In this document: positions 9,597-18,584 of the stretch, in pieces
Position numbering within the stretch: position 1 is the stretch's first letter
How the letters are laid out: each line of letters opens with the position of its first letter
Assembly: GCA_963744995.1 (NCBI GenBank)
Contig: CAVUWA010000009.1
Coordinates: 128,001-192,000 of the forward strand
Reading direction: 5' to 3'
Length of the DNA: 64,000 nt
Origin: Candidatus Eiseniibacteriota bacterium
Lineage (GTDB): Bacteria > Eisenbacteria > RBG-16-71-46
The notes under the pieces: generated by a model
What the model was told of the DNA's origin: nothing
The model's input: only the letters and a program-made list of their open reading frames with translations
The model's database searches: none
Program-made: the position numbers and the translations under genes

Positions 9597-11141
9597 GTGT
9601 CCGAACTCCAACGTCTGCAGAGCCGGCCGGTCACCGACATTCTGGTCGAAGCCGGCGCCGTCACGCCCGAGCACGTCGAAGCCGCGCTCGAATACCAGCG
9701 CGAGACCGGGCTGCGCATCGGCGAGCAGCTCGTCGCGATGGGCGCGGTGAGCGAAGAAGACATCGGCTGGGCGCTGGCGCAGCAGTTCGGCATCCCGTTC
9801 GTGGACATCGTCCCGGGTACGATCGATCTCGAGCTGGTCAAGCGCTTCCCCGAGGACCTGCTGCGTCGCAACGCGGCGCTGCCGCTGGTGCGCAACAGCG
9901 ACGGCATCTCGGTCGCGATCTCCGACCCGACCGACCTCGAGACCGCGCAGGCGATCGAGCAGGCCGCGGCGCGCCCGCTGGTGCTGTGCATGGCGACGCG
10001 CAGTTCGATCCTCGCGGTGCTGGACAACGTGTTCGGCGCCGCGCCGGGCGAAGCGGGGCGCCGCCACGAGCGCGGTCAGGCGCCGGAGTCCTACGGCGAT
10101 CGTTCGGGCACCGGCTTTCTGCAGCTGCACGTGACGCAGGGACTCGCCGCCGGGGCGAGCGAGGTGCATTTCATCCCGATGAACGGGCAGCTCGAGATCG
10201 AGCATCGTATCGACGGGCGCATGTCGAGAGTCGCCTCGGTGCGCTTCAACGCCCTGTACGGGCTGCTGGCGCGGATCGAGGCGCTGGGGGGGCCGGTCAT
10301 GGACGGCTCCGGCGATCACGCCGGCGGACGCGTGCTGTGCCCGCTCGGCGACCGCACCCTGCCGATCGAGGTTTCGCTCCTCAACTGCGAACAGGGCATC
10401 GCGGTGTCGCTGGCGCTCTGGGACCCGCGCGTCATGCGCCCGTCGCTCGAGACGCTCGGCATGGACCCCGTGGACGTGGCGGCGCTGCGCGAGGTGCTGC
10501 ACGGCCCCGCGGGGCTGGTGATCGTCAGCGGTCCCCCCGGTTCGATGTGCTCGCGCACGATGTCCGCGCTGCTCGGTGCGGTCCCGCCGGGCGGCCGGCT
10601 CAGCGTGGCGATCGAGCGGCCGTGGGGTCAGCGCTTCGACGCGATGGTGCGCCTGGCGCTCGAGCCCGCGCGCGCACGCGGGGTCTGGGAGGACGTGATC
10701 GTGGGGCAGAACGCCGACGTGGTCGTGCTCGACGACGTGCTGAACGGCGAGGCCGTGTCGGGCGTGCTGTCGCCGGCCGTCAACGGGCGGCTGCTGCTCG
10801 CGAGTACCGACTGGACCGACACGTTCGACCTGCTGGACGAGCTGCTCACGCGGCGTCAGGGGCGCAACGTGCTGGCCGCGCGGCTGCAGGCCGTGATCCA
10901 GCCACGTGTGATCCGGAACGGCGGCATGCGCCGCGACGGCGCCCTGGCCGGTCCGGACGCGATTTACGAGGTGCTCGCGCTGGACGGTGCGCTGCGGGAC
11001 GCGCTGCGCGCCGGTGCGGGCGGCCCGGAGCTGCGCAGCATGGCGATCGCCGCCGGGTTCCAGACGCTCGAAGCGCGCGCCGCGCGGCGCGTGACCGATG
11101 GCACGCTGACCGCGGCGCAGGCCGCGCGACTGCTGTCTTGA
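9597..11141 (+). CDS. PilB/GspE-like protein with MshEN-type N-terminus and degenerate ATPase motifs
   Basis: N-terminal ILVEAGAVTPEHVEAALEYQRETGLRIGEQLV (MshEN-like); ASEVHFIP..HRIDG; Walker A reads GPPGSMCSRT, Walker B reads DVVVLDDV; C-terminal YEVL..LR..AIAAGFQTL. Confidence 0.75.
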   Translation: MSELQRLQSRPVTDILVEAGAVTPEHVEAALEYQRETGLRIGEQLVAMGAVSEEDIGWALAQQFGIPFVDIVPGTIDLELVKRFPEDLLRRNAALPLVRNSDGISVAISDPTDLETAQAIEQAAARPLVLCMATRSSILAVLDNVFGAAPGEAGRRHERGQAPESYGDRSGTGFLQLHVTQGLAAGASEVHFIPMNGQLEIEHRIDGRMSRVASVRFNALYGLLARIEALGGPVMDGSGDHAGGRVLCPLGDRTLPIEVSLLNCEQGIAVSLALWDPRVMRPSLETLGMDPVDVAALREVLHGPAGLVIVSGPPGSMCSRTMSALLGAVPPGGRLSVAIERPWGQRFDAMVRLALEPARARGVWEDVIVGQNADVVVLDDVLNGEAVSGVLSPAVNGRLLLASTDWTDTFDLLDELLTRRQGRNVLAARLQAVIQPRVIRNGGMRRDGALAGPDAIYEVLALDGALRDALRAGAGGPELRSMAIAAGFQTLEARAARRVTDGTLTAAQAARLLS

Positions 11142-11145
11142 GGGG

Positions 11146-12360
11146 GTGCGCGTGGCCTGTGATCTGACCGCCCTGCTGAGCTTCGCCAGGGACGAAGGCG
11201 CTTCCGACCTCCACATCTCCGCCGGCCTGCCGCCGTTGCTCCGGATCCGCGGCGAGATCATGAAGCTCGAGATGGCGCCGCTCTCGGCCGAGGACACCCA
11301 CGCCGCCATCTACGACATCCTCAACGACGAGCAGAAGCGGCTGTTCGAGGAGCATCGCGACCTCGACTTCGCCTTCGAGATCCCCGGCGTGTCGCGCTTC
11401 CGCGCCAACGTCCTCTGGCAGCAGCGCGGCGAGGGCGCCGTGTTCCGCGTGGTGCCGACGACCGTGAAGACGCTCGAAGAGCTCGGCATGCCGAAGGTGC
11501 TCAAGGATCTCGCGATGAAGGAGAAGGGGCTGGTGGTGGTCACCGGACCTACCGGTTCGGGCAAGTCCACGACGCTGGCCGCGATGGTGGACCACGTGAA
11601 CGATACGCGCCGCGGCCACATCCTGACGATCGAGGACCCGATCGAGTTCGTGCACACGCCGAAGAAGTGCGTCATCAACCAGCGCGAGGTCGGGCCGCAT
11701 ACGAAGTCCTTCGCCGCCGCGCTGCGCGCGGCGCTGCGCGAAGATCCGGACGTGATTCTGGTGGGGGAGCTGCGCGATCTCGAAACCACCCAGCTCGCGA
11801 TCAGCGCCGCGGAAACCGGGCATCTCGTGTTCGCGACCCTGCACACCAATTCCGCGTCGAAGACCGTCGACCGCATCATCGACATCTTTCCGTCCGGCCA
11901 GCAGGCGCAGGTGCGCACCATGCTGTCGGAGTCGCTCGAGGGCGTGGTCGCCCAGTCGCTGCTGCCCTCGAAGGACGGCAAGGGCCGGGTCGCCGCGCTC
12001 GAGGTGCTGGTGGGCGTGCCGGCGCTGCGCAACCTGATCCGCGAGGACAAGACCGCGCAGATCCTGTCGGTGATTCAGACCGGCGCCCAGCACGGCATGC
12101 AGAGCCTCGACCAGTCGTTGCGCGATCTGGTGATGCAGGGCCGGCTGTCGCGCGGCGAGGCCATGAAGAAGTCGTCGAACCCCAGGTTGTTCGAGGGCGT
12201 GGGCGCGGGGAGCGCCGGCGCCGCCGAAGGGGCGATGGGAGGGACTCCCGCGCGGCCCGTGCCGCTCGCGGCGGGCAGCGTGACGGGGGGCACGGGCGCG
12301 ATGCGACCGGCGCCCGCGCCCGAGCCGGAGAAGAAGAAGCCCGGCCTGTTCGGCCGCTAG
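11146..12360 (+). CDS. pilT: Type IV pilus retraction ATPase PilT with C-terminal extension
   Basis: ASDLHISAG, GPTGSGKSTT, TIEDPIE, LREDPDVILVGELRD, TLHT, ALRNLIRE, GMQ. Confidence 0.95.
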   Translation: MRVACDLTALLSFARDEGASDLHISAGLPPLLRIRGEIMKLEMAPLSAEDTHAAIYDILNDEQKRLFEEHRDLDFAFEIPGVSRFRANVLWQQRGEGAVFRVVPTTVKTLEELGMPKVLKDLAMKEKGLVVVTGPTGSGKSTTLAAMVDHVNDTRRGHILTIEDPIEFVHTPKKCVINQREVGPHTKSFAAALRAALREDPDVILVGELRDLETTQLAISAAETGHLVFATLHTNSASKTVDRIIDIFPSGQQAQVRTMLSESLEGVVAQSLLPSKDGKGRVAALEVLVGVPALRNLIREDKTAQILSVIQTGAQHGMQSLDQSLRDLVMQGRLSRGEAMKKSSNPRLFEGVGAGSAGAAEGAMGGTPARPVPLAAGSVTGGTGAMRPAPAPEPEKKKPGLFGR

Positions 12361-12408
12361 CCGCGACGGCCGGGCGGCCGCCGCGACCGCGCGAAAAGGA
12401 ACCCGTAC

Positions 12409-13533
12409 ATGCATCTGGACGAACTGCTCACCGGACTCCGCGAGCGCGGCGGCTCGGACCTCTACCTCACCGCGGACTCGGCGCCGCTGTACCGCGTCGA
12501 CGGCTCGACGCAGCCGGCGCTGGATCTGGTGTTCGACGCCACGGAGGTCGAGCGGTTGATTCGCGAGGTCATGAGCCCGGCCGATGCCGAGACCTTCGAC
12601 CGCACCCACGAGCTCAACAGCGCGCGCCTCGTCCAGGGCGTCGGCCGCTTCCGCATCAACGTGTTCCGGCAGCGCGGTCAGGTGGGGCTCGTCGCGCGGC
12701 TGATTCCGATCGACTTTCCCTCGGCCGGCGAGCTCGGGCTGCCCGATGCGCTCACGACGCTGATCATGGAAAAGCGCGGCCTGATCCTGGTCACCGGCGC
12801 GACCGGCTCGGGCAAGTCCACGACGCTGGCGGCGCTGATCGCTCACCGCAACGAGCACTCGCGTGGCCACATCCTCACGATCGAGGACCCGATCGAGTTC
12901 GTCCACCCGCACCGGGGCTGCGTCATCACGCAGCGCGAGGTGGGTGTCGACACGGCGTCGTTCGCGGCGGGACTCAAGAGCGCCCTGCGCCAGGCGCCAG
13001 ACGTCATCCTGATCGGCGAGATGCGCGACCTCGAGACGGTCGAGGCGGCGCTGCACTTCGCCGAAACCGGGCACCTGGTGCTCGGTACGCTGCACGCCAA
13101 CAACGCGAATCAGGCCGTCGAGCGGGTCCTCAACTTCTTCAACGCCGAACTCCACGAACAGATCTATCAGCAGCTCTCGCTCAACCTGCGCGGCATCGTC
13201 TCGCAGCGACTGGTGCCGCGCGCCGACGGCAGGGGGCGGGTTGCGGCGATTGAGGTGATGCTCAACTCGCCGCGCATCGCCGACCTGGTCGCCAAGGGCG
13301 AGATCGCGGCGCTCAAGGCGGCGATCGAGCACAACGCCCGGGACGGCTCGCGTTCGTTCGACCAGGCCCTGTACGAGCTCTATCGTGAAGGGCTGATCGA
13401 ACTCGACGAGGCGCTGCGACAGGCCGACAGCGCGAACAACCTGCGGCTCAAGATCAAGATGGAGCGGGCGGGCGAGGGCGCCGGCGAGAAGCCGCAGTTC
13501 AGCATCCGACAGGAAGACCGGGACGATTTCTGA
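12409..13533 (+). CDS. pilU: Type IV pilus ATPase PilU
   Basis: GSDLYLT, GATGSGKSTT, LRQAPDVILIGEMRD, TLHANNANQA, FDQALYEL..ADSANNLRLKIK; follows pilT. Confidence 0.92.
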   Translation: MHLDELLTGLRERGGSDLYLTADSAPLYRVDGSTQPALDLVFDATEVERLIREVMSPADAETFDRTHELNSARLVQGVGRFRINVFRQRGQVGLVARLIPIDFPSAGELGLPDALTTLIMEKRGLILVTGATGSGKSTTLAALIAHRNEHSRGHILTIEDPIEFVHPHRGCVITQREVGVDTASFAAGLKSALRQAPDVILIGEMRDLETVEAALHFAETGHLVLGTLHANNANQAVERVLNFFNAELHEQIYQQLSLNLRGIVSQRLVPRADGRGRVAAIEVMLNSPRIADLVAKGEIAALKAAIEHNARDGSRSFDQALYELYREGLIELDEALRQADSANNLRLKIKMERAGEGAGEKPQFSIRQEDRDDF

Positions 13534-13858
13534 GCGGCCCCGGCCCGCCGGCCCGCGCGCCGTGCCGTGGCGCCGACCGGGGCGGGCCGTGGCGACCAGC
13601 GTCACCGCGATCCGGCGGACGGAACGCCTCTGCTGCGGCACCCGCCCGCGTGCCGCCATCCCCCGGACACCGCCGGCCGCGAACGCCCGGCCGCGGCCAT
13701 GGCGGAACGGAAACGGGCGGTGACTGAGCTGCGCGCGGCTCGTGGCCCGCGCGCGGAGCTCATGCTACCTTGCGCCCTTCGCGTGTCTGGAGGGGCGGCC
13801 TCTGGCCCATGGAAAGGGAGCGTCCGGGCGGTTGACTCAGGAATCCTGTCGTCGGGGC

Positions 13859-15103
13859 ATGCGTGCCGCCTGGCTGGCGGTGCTCGCCGGCTGGGCGCTG
13901 GCCGGGCCGGCCTTTGCACGCGCACCGCTCGACCCGCCCGCGGGGACGCCGGGCCCGGCCGTGGCGCCGATCCTGCGGCTCGAGCGCGAGGACGCGATCG
14001 CCACCCCGCCGGATCTGCTGCCGGACGCGGCCGACGCGACCCCCGCCACGCCGCCCGCACCGGCGGGTGACGCTGCCGTCGGCGCACCGCGCGCGTGGTT
14101 CTACCACGGCCTCGACTACGGCAGCGAGTCGCTGATCCAGCCGCTCCGGCTGGTCGTCAACGGCGTCTTCGGCATCCTGCAGCTCGACAACCGCGACAAG
14201 CGGCTCGGCAAGATCGCCTACGGCACCGGCATCGACAACGTCTGGATGAACATGAAGAACCCCTTGCGCGGGATCCGCGAGACGGGCGGCTGGTCGGACT
14301 TCCTCGAGCGCGAGGTGCTGCCGCTGTCGGTGAACAGCAACAAGGCGCAGTTCTGGCCCAACTACACGCAGCACCTGGTCGGCGGCGGCATGAGCTACCG
14401 CATGTACGTCGAGTGGTACCGGGCGCACGGCGTGGCGCGCCCGAAGCTCATGTCGGGAGCGACGATCGCCGTCTATCACTTCTTCAACGAGGTCGTCGAG
14501 AACGACGATTTCCGTGGCTGGACCACGGACCCGATCGCGGATCTGTACATCTTCGACCCGCTCAGCATCGTGTTCTTCAGCAACGACGGCGTGGCGCGCT
14601 TCTTCGGTGAGACCATGCACATGGCCGACTGGTCCTACCAGCCGTCGATCGATCCATCCGACGGCTCGCTGATCAACAACGGCCAGAATTTCGCGCTCAA
14701 GTACGACCTGCCCTGGTCCAGCCGCTGGCAGGTCTTCTATCACTTCGGCACGCACGCCGAGCTCGGGCTCACGCGGCGGCTGAACCGACGTGACTCGTTC
14801 AGCTTCGGCGCCGGCCTGCGCGCCGGCGAACTGGTTCAGCTCGACAACGGTTTCCGCACCGTGGACCTCGCAGCGTCAGCGGGCCTGTTCTACGACCGCA
14901 ACAACTCGCTGCTGGCGAGCCTGACGATGGCGAAGACCAAGGAATACCGTTACCGCTTCAACGTGTATCCGGGGGTGCTGCGGCTCGGCCCGGTGGCGCC
15001 GGGCGTGTTCATGGCCGACCGTCGCACGAAGGGACTGGTGTTCGGCGTGACGCTCGACTTCCTGCCTGCGCTGCCGGTGGGGATCGCGAGCGATTTCAAG
15101 TGA
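13859..15103 (+). CDS. Exported hypothetical protein, possibly outer-membrane associated (DUF3943-like helical region plus C-terminal beta-strands)
   Basis: Signal peptide MRAAWLAVLAGWALAGPAFA; coding-like GC3 pattern; PNYTQHLVGGG..NEVVEN segment; alternating aromatic strands in the C-terminal half. Confidence 0.6.
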   Translation: MRAAWLAVLAGWALAGPAFARAPLDPPAGTPGPAVAPILRLEREDAIATPPDLLPDAADATPATPPAPAGDAAVGAPRAWFYHGLDYGSESLIQPLRLVVNGVFGILQLDNRDKRLGKIAYGTGIDNVWMNMKNPLRGIRETGGWSDFLEREVLPLSVNSNKAQFWPNYTQHLVGGGMSYRMYVEWYRAHGVARPKLMSGATIAVYHFFNEVVENDDFRGWTTDPIADLYIFDPLSIVFFSNDGVARFFGETMHMADWSYQPSIDPSDGSLINNGQNFALKYDLPWSSRWQVFYHFGTHAELGLTRRLNRRDSFSFGAGLRAGELVQLDNGFRTVDLAASAGLFYDRNNSLLASLTMAKTKEYRYRFNVYPGVLRLGPVAPGVFMADRRTKGLVFGVTLDFLPALPVGIASDFK

Positions 15104-16413
15104 GCGCCGCGGGAGGGGCGCCGCCGGGGTCCCCGTTCGTCGCGCTGCAGCACCGGAATTTCCGGCTGCTGTGGGGCGGTCAGCTGCTGTCCAATTCCGG
15201 CACGAGGATGCAGACCGCGGCGATCCTCTGGCACGTCTCGCTGCTCGTGCCGGCATCGCAGCGCGGTCTCGCGCTCGGCATGGTCGGACTCGTGCGCATC
15301 GCGCCGATCATCGTGTTCTCGCTGATCGGCGGCGTGGTCGCCGACAGCATCGACCGCCGCCGGCTGCTGCTGGTCACCCAGACCGGGATGGCCGTCTGTG
15401 CCGCGCTGCTCACGCTGCACGGCCTGAGCGGTGCGACCTCGCTGTGGCCGATCTACGCGCTGACGGCCACGAGCGCCATGTTCACGTCCTTCGACGGCCC
15501 GGCCCGCCAGTCGCTGTTCCCGAACCTGGTGCCGCGCCAGCACCTGTCGAACGCGATCAGCCTCAACACGATCATGTTCCAGACGGCTTCGGTCGCCGGC
15601 CCCGCGCTCGGCGGGCTGGTGATCGCCGTCGGCGGCGTGGGCTGGGTGTACGCGATCAACACCCTGTCGTTCGCATTCGTGATCGTCGCCCTGCTGCTGA
15701 TGCGCGACGTGCCGCAGCACGGCGCAGCGCGGGTGAGGGGACTCAGTCGCGCCGCGCTCACCGAGGGGCTCGGTTTCGTGTTCCGCACGCCGCTGATCCG
15801 CTCGACGATGCTGCTCGACTTCTTCGCGACGTTCTTCGCTTCGGCGCTCGCGTTGCTGCCGATCTTCGCGCAGGACGTCCTGCACGTCGGCGCGGGAGGC
15901 TACGGTCTGCTCAGCGCGGCGCCGTCGGTGGGGGCGATCCTCACCAGCGTGGCGATGGTGCCGATGATCGAACGCATCCGCCGGCGCGGCCCGGTGATGC
16001 TGTGGTCGGTCGCCGCCTACGGCCTCGCCACCGTGGTGTTCGGCATCTCGCGCTCGTTCTGGATCACCTTCCTGTGCCTCGCGATCAGCGGTGCGACCGA
16101 CACCGTGAGCACGGTGATCCGCAACGTGATCCGCCAGCTGCACACGCCGGATCACCTGCGCGGCCGGATGACCGGTGTCAACATGATGTTCTTCATGGGC
16201 GGGCCGCAGCTCGGCGAGCTCGAGGCGGGTCTCGTCGCGAACGCCGTCGGCGCGCCGCTCTCGGTGATCACCGGTGGGATCGCCTGCATGATCGCCACCG
16301 CCACGGTCGCCTGGCGCACGCCCGGGCTGCGCGCCTACCGGAACGAAATGGGCCCGGCCGAGGCCCCGCCGCGGACCGGACCGGCGCAGGAACCCCGCGC
16401 GCCGGGGGCCTGA
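15100..16413 (+). CDS. MFS transporter (EntS/MFS_3-like exporter)
   Basis: About 12 hydrophobic segments; LQHRNFRLLWGGQ, GGVVADSIDRRRLL, TPDHLRGR motifs; GTGA overlap with the upstream gene. Confidence 0.9.
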   Translation: MSAAGGAPPGSPFVALQHRNFRLLWGGQLLSNSGTRMQTAAILWHVSLLVPASQRGLALGMVGLVRIAPIIVFSLIGGVVADSIDRRRLLLVTQTGMAVCAALLTLHGLSGATSLWPIYALTATSAMFTSFDGPARQSLFPNLVPRQHLSNAISLNTIMFQTASVAGPALGGLVIAVGGVGWVYAINTLSFAFVIVALLLMRDVPQHGAARVRGLSRAALTEGLGFVFRTPLIRSTMLLDFFATFFASALALLPIFAQDVLHVGAGGYGLLSAAPSVGAILTSVAMVPMIERIRRRGPVMLWSVAAYGLATVVFGISRSFWITFLCLAISGATDTVSTVIRNVIRQLHTPDHLRGRMTGVNMMFFMGGPQLGELEAGLVANAVGAPLSVITGGIACMIATATVAWRTPGLRAYRNEMGPAEAPPRTGPAQEPRAPGA

Positions 16414-16508
16414 CCCGGCGCGCGGCGATCGGCGACCCGCGGGGCATGTGATACAAATCAGGCGGTCCCTCCGACATCCTCCCGCAGCACTTCGAACGGA
16501 GCCATGCC

Positions 16509-18545
16509 ATGTTCCACGCGCGTTCCGGCTTCATGGCCTTCGCGTTGACCGTCATGTCTTTGTCGTTCGCCCTCCCCGCGCCCGCGCGCGCCGCCGCGCC
16601 CCCCTGGGACCGGGCCGACATGGACACCACCGTTTCCCCCTGCACCGACTTCTTCCATTACGCCAACGGCGGCTGGCTCGAGCGCACCGAGATCCCCGCC
16701 GCCTTCTCGGGCTGGGGCAGCTTCAGCATCCTCGCCGAGCGCAACCGTGCACAGCTGCACGGCATCCTCGAGGAGGCCGCCGCCGACCGGAAGGCGGCGA
16801 AGGGCTCCAGCGTGGCGCGCCTCGGCGCCTACTACCGCGCGGCGATGGACTCGGGCGCCATCGAAAAGGCCGGCCTCCGGCCGGCCCGGCCGCTGCTCGA
16901 CGACGTCGCCGGCGTCGCCTCGACCGCGGCGCTCGCGCCGACCGTGGCGCGCCTGCAGCTGGACGGCGTCCGCGTGATGTTCGGCCTCGGCGTGCGCCAG
17001 GATCCGAAGCGGAGCGATCTCATGATCGCGGTGGCCATGCAGGGTGGTCTCGGGCTGCCGGACCGCGATTTCTACACGCGCACCGACTCGTCTTCGGCAG
17101 CCCTGCGCGACGCGTACGTCCGGCACGTGGCACACCTGTTCGAGCTGGCCGGCGACGACGCGCCTGCCGCGGCGCGCCGGGCGGCGACGGTCATGGACAT
17201 CGAGACCGCGCTGGCCGGGGGCTCGATGACCAACGTCCAGCGACGTGATCCGGTCGCCACCTACCACAAGGTGCCGCTGGACACGCTGCGCGCATGGGCG
17301 CCGCACTTCGACTGGACCGCGTTCCTGAACACCGGGGGTATCGAGGACCTCGACTCGGTGGACGTCATGCAGCCCGACTTCTTCCGCACGCTCGATGCGC
17401 AGCTCGCCGCGCGGCCCGTCGAAGCGTGGCGCGACTACCTCGCCGCGCACGTGCTGCGCGACGCCGCGCCGATGCTCAGCAGCGCGTTCGCCGACGAGGC
17501 GTTCGACTTCGCGCGGCACCTGAACGGGGCGCAGATCCAGCTGCCGCGCTGGCAGCGCAGCCTGCGCTGGACCGACCGCGACCTGGGCGATCTGCTGGGG
17601 CAGGAGTACGTCCGCCGTTACTTCCCGCCGGCGGCGCGCGACGAGGCGCTGACGCTGATCCACAACCTCGAGGCGGCGCTGCAGACGCGGCTCGAATCGC
17701 TGGCCTGGATGGGCCAGGCGACGCGCGAGAAGGCGCTCGACAAGCTCCACGCGTTCGAGGAGCACATCGGCTACCCGGACCACTGGCGCACCTACGAGGG
17801 ACTGGAGCTCGGTCCGACGCTCTACACGAACCACCTGAGCGCCCAGCGCGTGGAGTCGCAGCGTCAGATCGCCAAGCTCGGCAAGCCGGTGGATCGCGGC
17901 GAGTGGTTCATGACGGCGCCGACGGTGAACGCCTTCTACAGCTCGTCGCTCAACAGCATCAATTTCCCGGCCGGGATCCTGCAGCCGCCGTTCTTCGACC
18001 CGTCCTGGGACGCCGCGCTCAACTACGGCGGGATCGGCGCCGTGATCGGCCACGAGATGACCCACGGCTTCGACGATCGCGGCCGGCAGTTCGACGCCGC
18101 CGGCGATCTGACCGACTGGTGGACCGATCAGGACGCGGCGAACTACAAGGCCCGCGCGGATCGCGTCGTGGATCAGTTCAACGGCTACACGGTGCTCGAC
18201 GGCCTGCACGTGAACGGGCGCCTCACGCTGGGCGAGAACATCGCCGACCTCGGCGGCCTGGCGATCGCCTACGCGGCGATGGAGAAGGCGCTCGAGGGCA
18301 AGCCGCACACGAAGATCGACGGTTTCACGCCCGAACAGCGGTTCTTCCTGGCGTGGGCGCGGGTCTGGCGCCGCAAGGATCGTGACGAGGCGCTGCGGAC
18401 GCTGGTGCAGACCAACCCGCACTCGCCGGCCGAGTGGCGCGTGAACGGACCGCTGTCGAACCTGCCCGAGTTCCAGCAGGCGTTCGGCTGCAGGAGCAGC
18501 GACCCGATGGTGCGGGCGGACGATCTGCGCGCGCGGATCTGGTGA
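16509..18545 (+). CDS. M13 family (neprilysin/PepO-like) zinc metallopeptidase, exported
   Basis: Signal peptide; PCTDFFHYANGGW, VNAFY, GHEMTHGFD, GENIADLGG, PHSP..RVNGPLSN. Confidence 0.95.
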   Translation: MFHARSGFMAFALTVMSLSFALPAPARAAAPPWDRADMDTTVSPCTDFFHYANGGWLERTEIPAAFSGWGSFSILAERNRAQLHGILEEAAADRKAAKGSSVARLGAYYRAAMDSGAIEKAGLRPARPLLDDVAGVASTAALAPTVARLQLDGVRVMFGLGVRQDPKRSDLMIAVAMQGGLGLPDRDFYTRTDSSSAALRDAYVRHVAHLFELAGDDAPAAARRAATVMDIETALAGGSMTNVQRRDPVATYHKVPLDTLRAWAPHFDWTAFLNTGGIEDLDSVDVMQPDFFRTLDAQLAARPVEAWRDYLAAHVLRDAAPMLSSAFADEAFDFARHLNGAQIQLPRWQRSLRWTDRDLGDLLGQEYVRRYFPPAARDEALTLIHNLEAALQTRLESLAWMGQATREKALDKLHAFEEHIGYPDHWRTYEGLELGPTLYTNHLSAQRVESQRQIAKLGKPVDRGEWFMTAPTVNAFYSSSLNSINFPAGILQPPFFDPSWDAALNYGGIGAVIGHEMTHGFDDRGRQFDAAGDLTDWWTDQDAANYKARADRVVDQFNGYTVLDGLHVNGRLTLGENIADLGGLAIAYAAMEKALEGKPHTKIDGFTPEQRFFLAWARVWRRKDRDEALRTLVQTNPHSPAEWRVNGPLSNLPEFQQAFGCRSSDPMVRADDLRARIW

Positions 18546-18551
18546 ACCCGG

Positions 18552-18579
18552 GGGGCGGGGGCCGTCGGGCCTCCGCCCC
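18552..18579. terminator. GC-rich hairpin between convergent genes (possible bidirectional terminator)
   Basis: GGGGCGGGGGCC-gtcg-GGCCTCCGCCCC stem-loop; no U tract. Confidence 0.4.
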
Positions 18580-18584
18580 TGCGT

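Noticed and set aside
13534..13858. 325-nt GC-rich intergenic region as a possible ncRNA or riboswitch
   Set aside because: Only generic GC hairpins; no family motif I can recognise. An Rfam/Infernal search would be needed.
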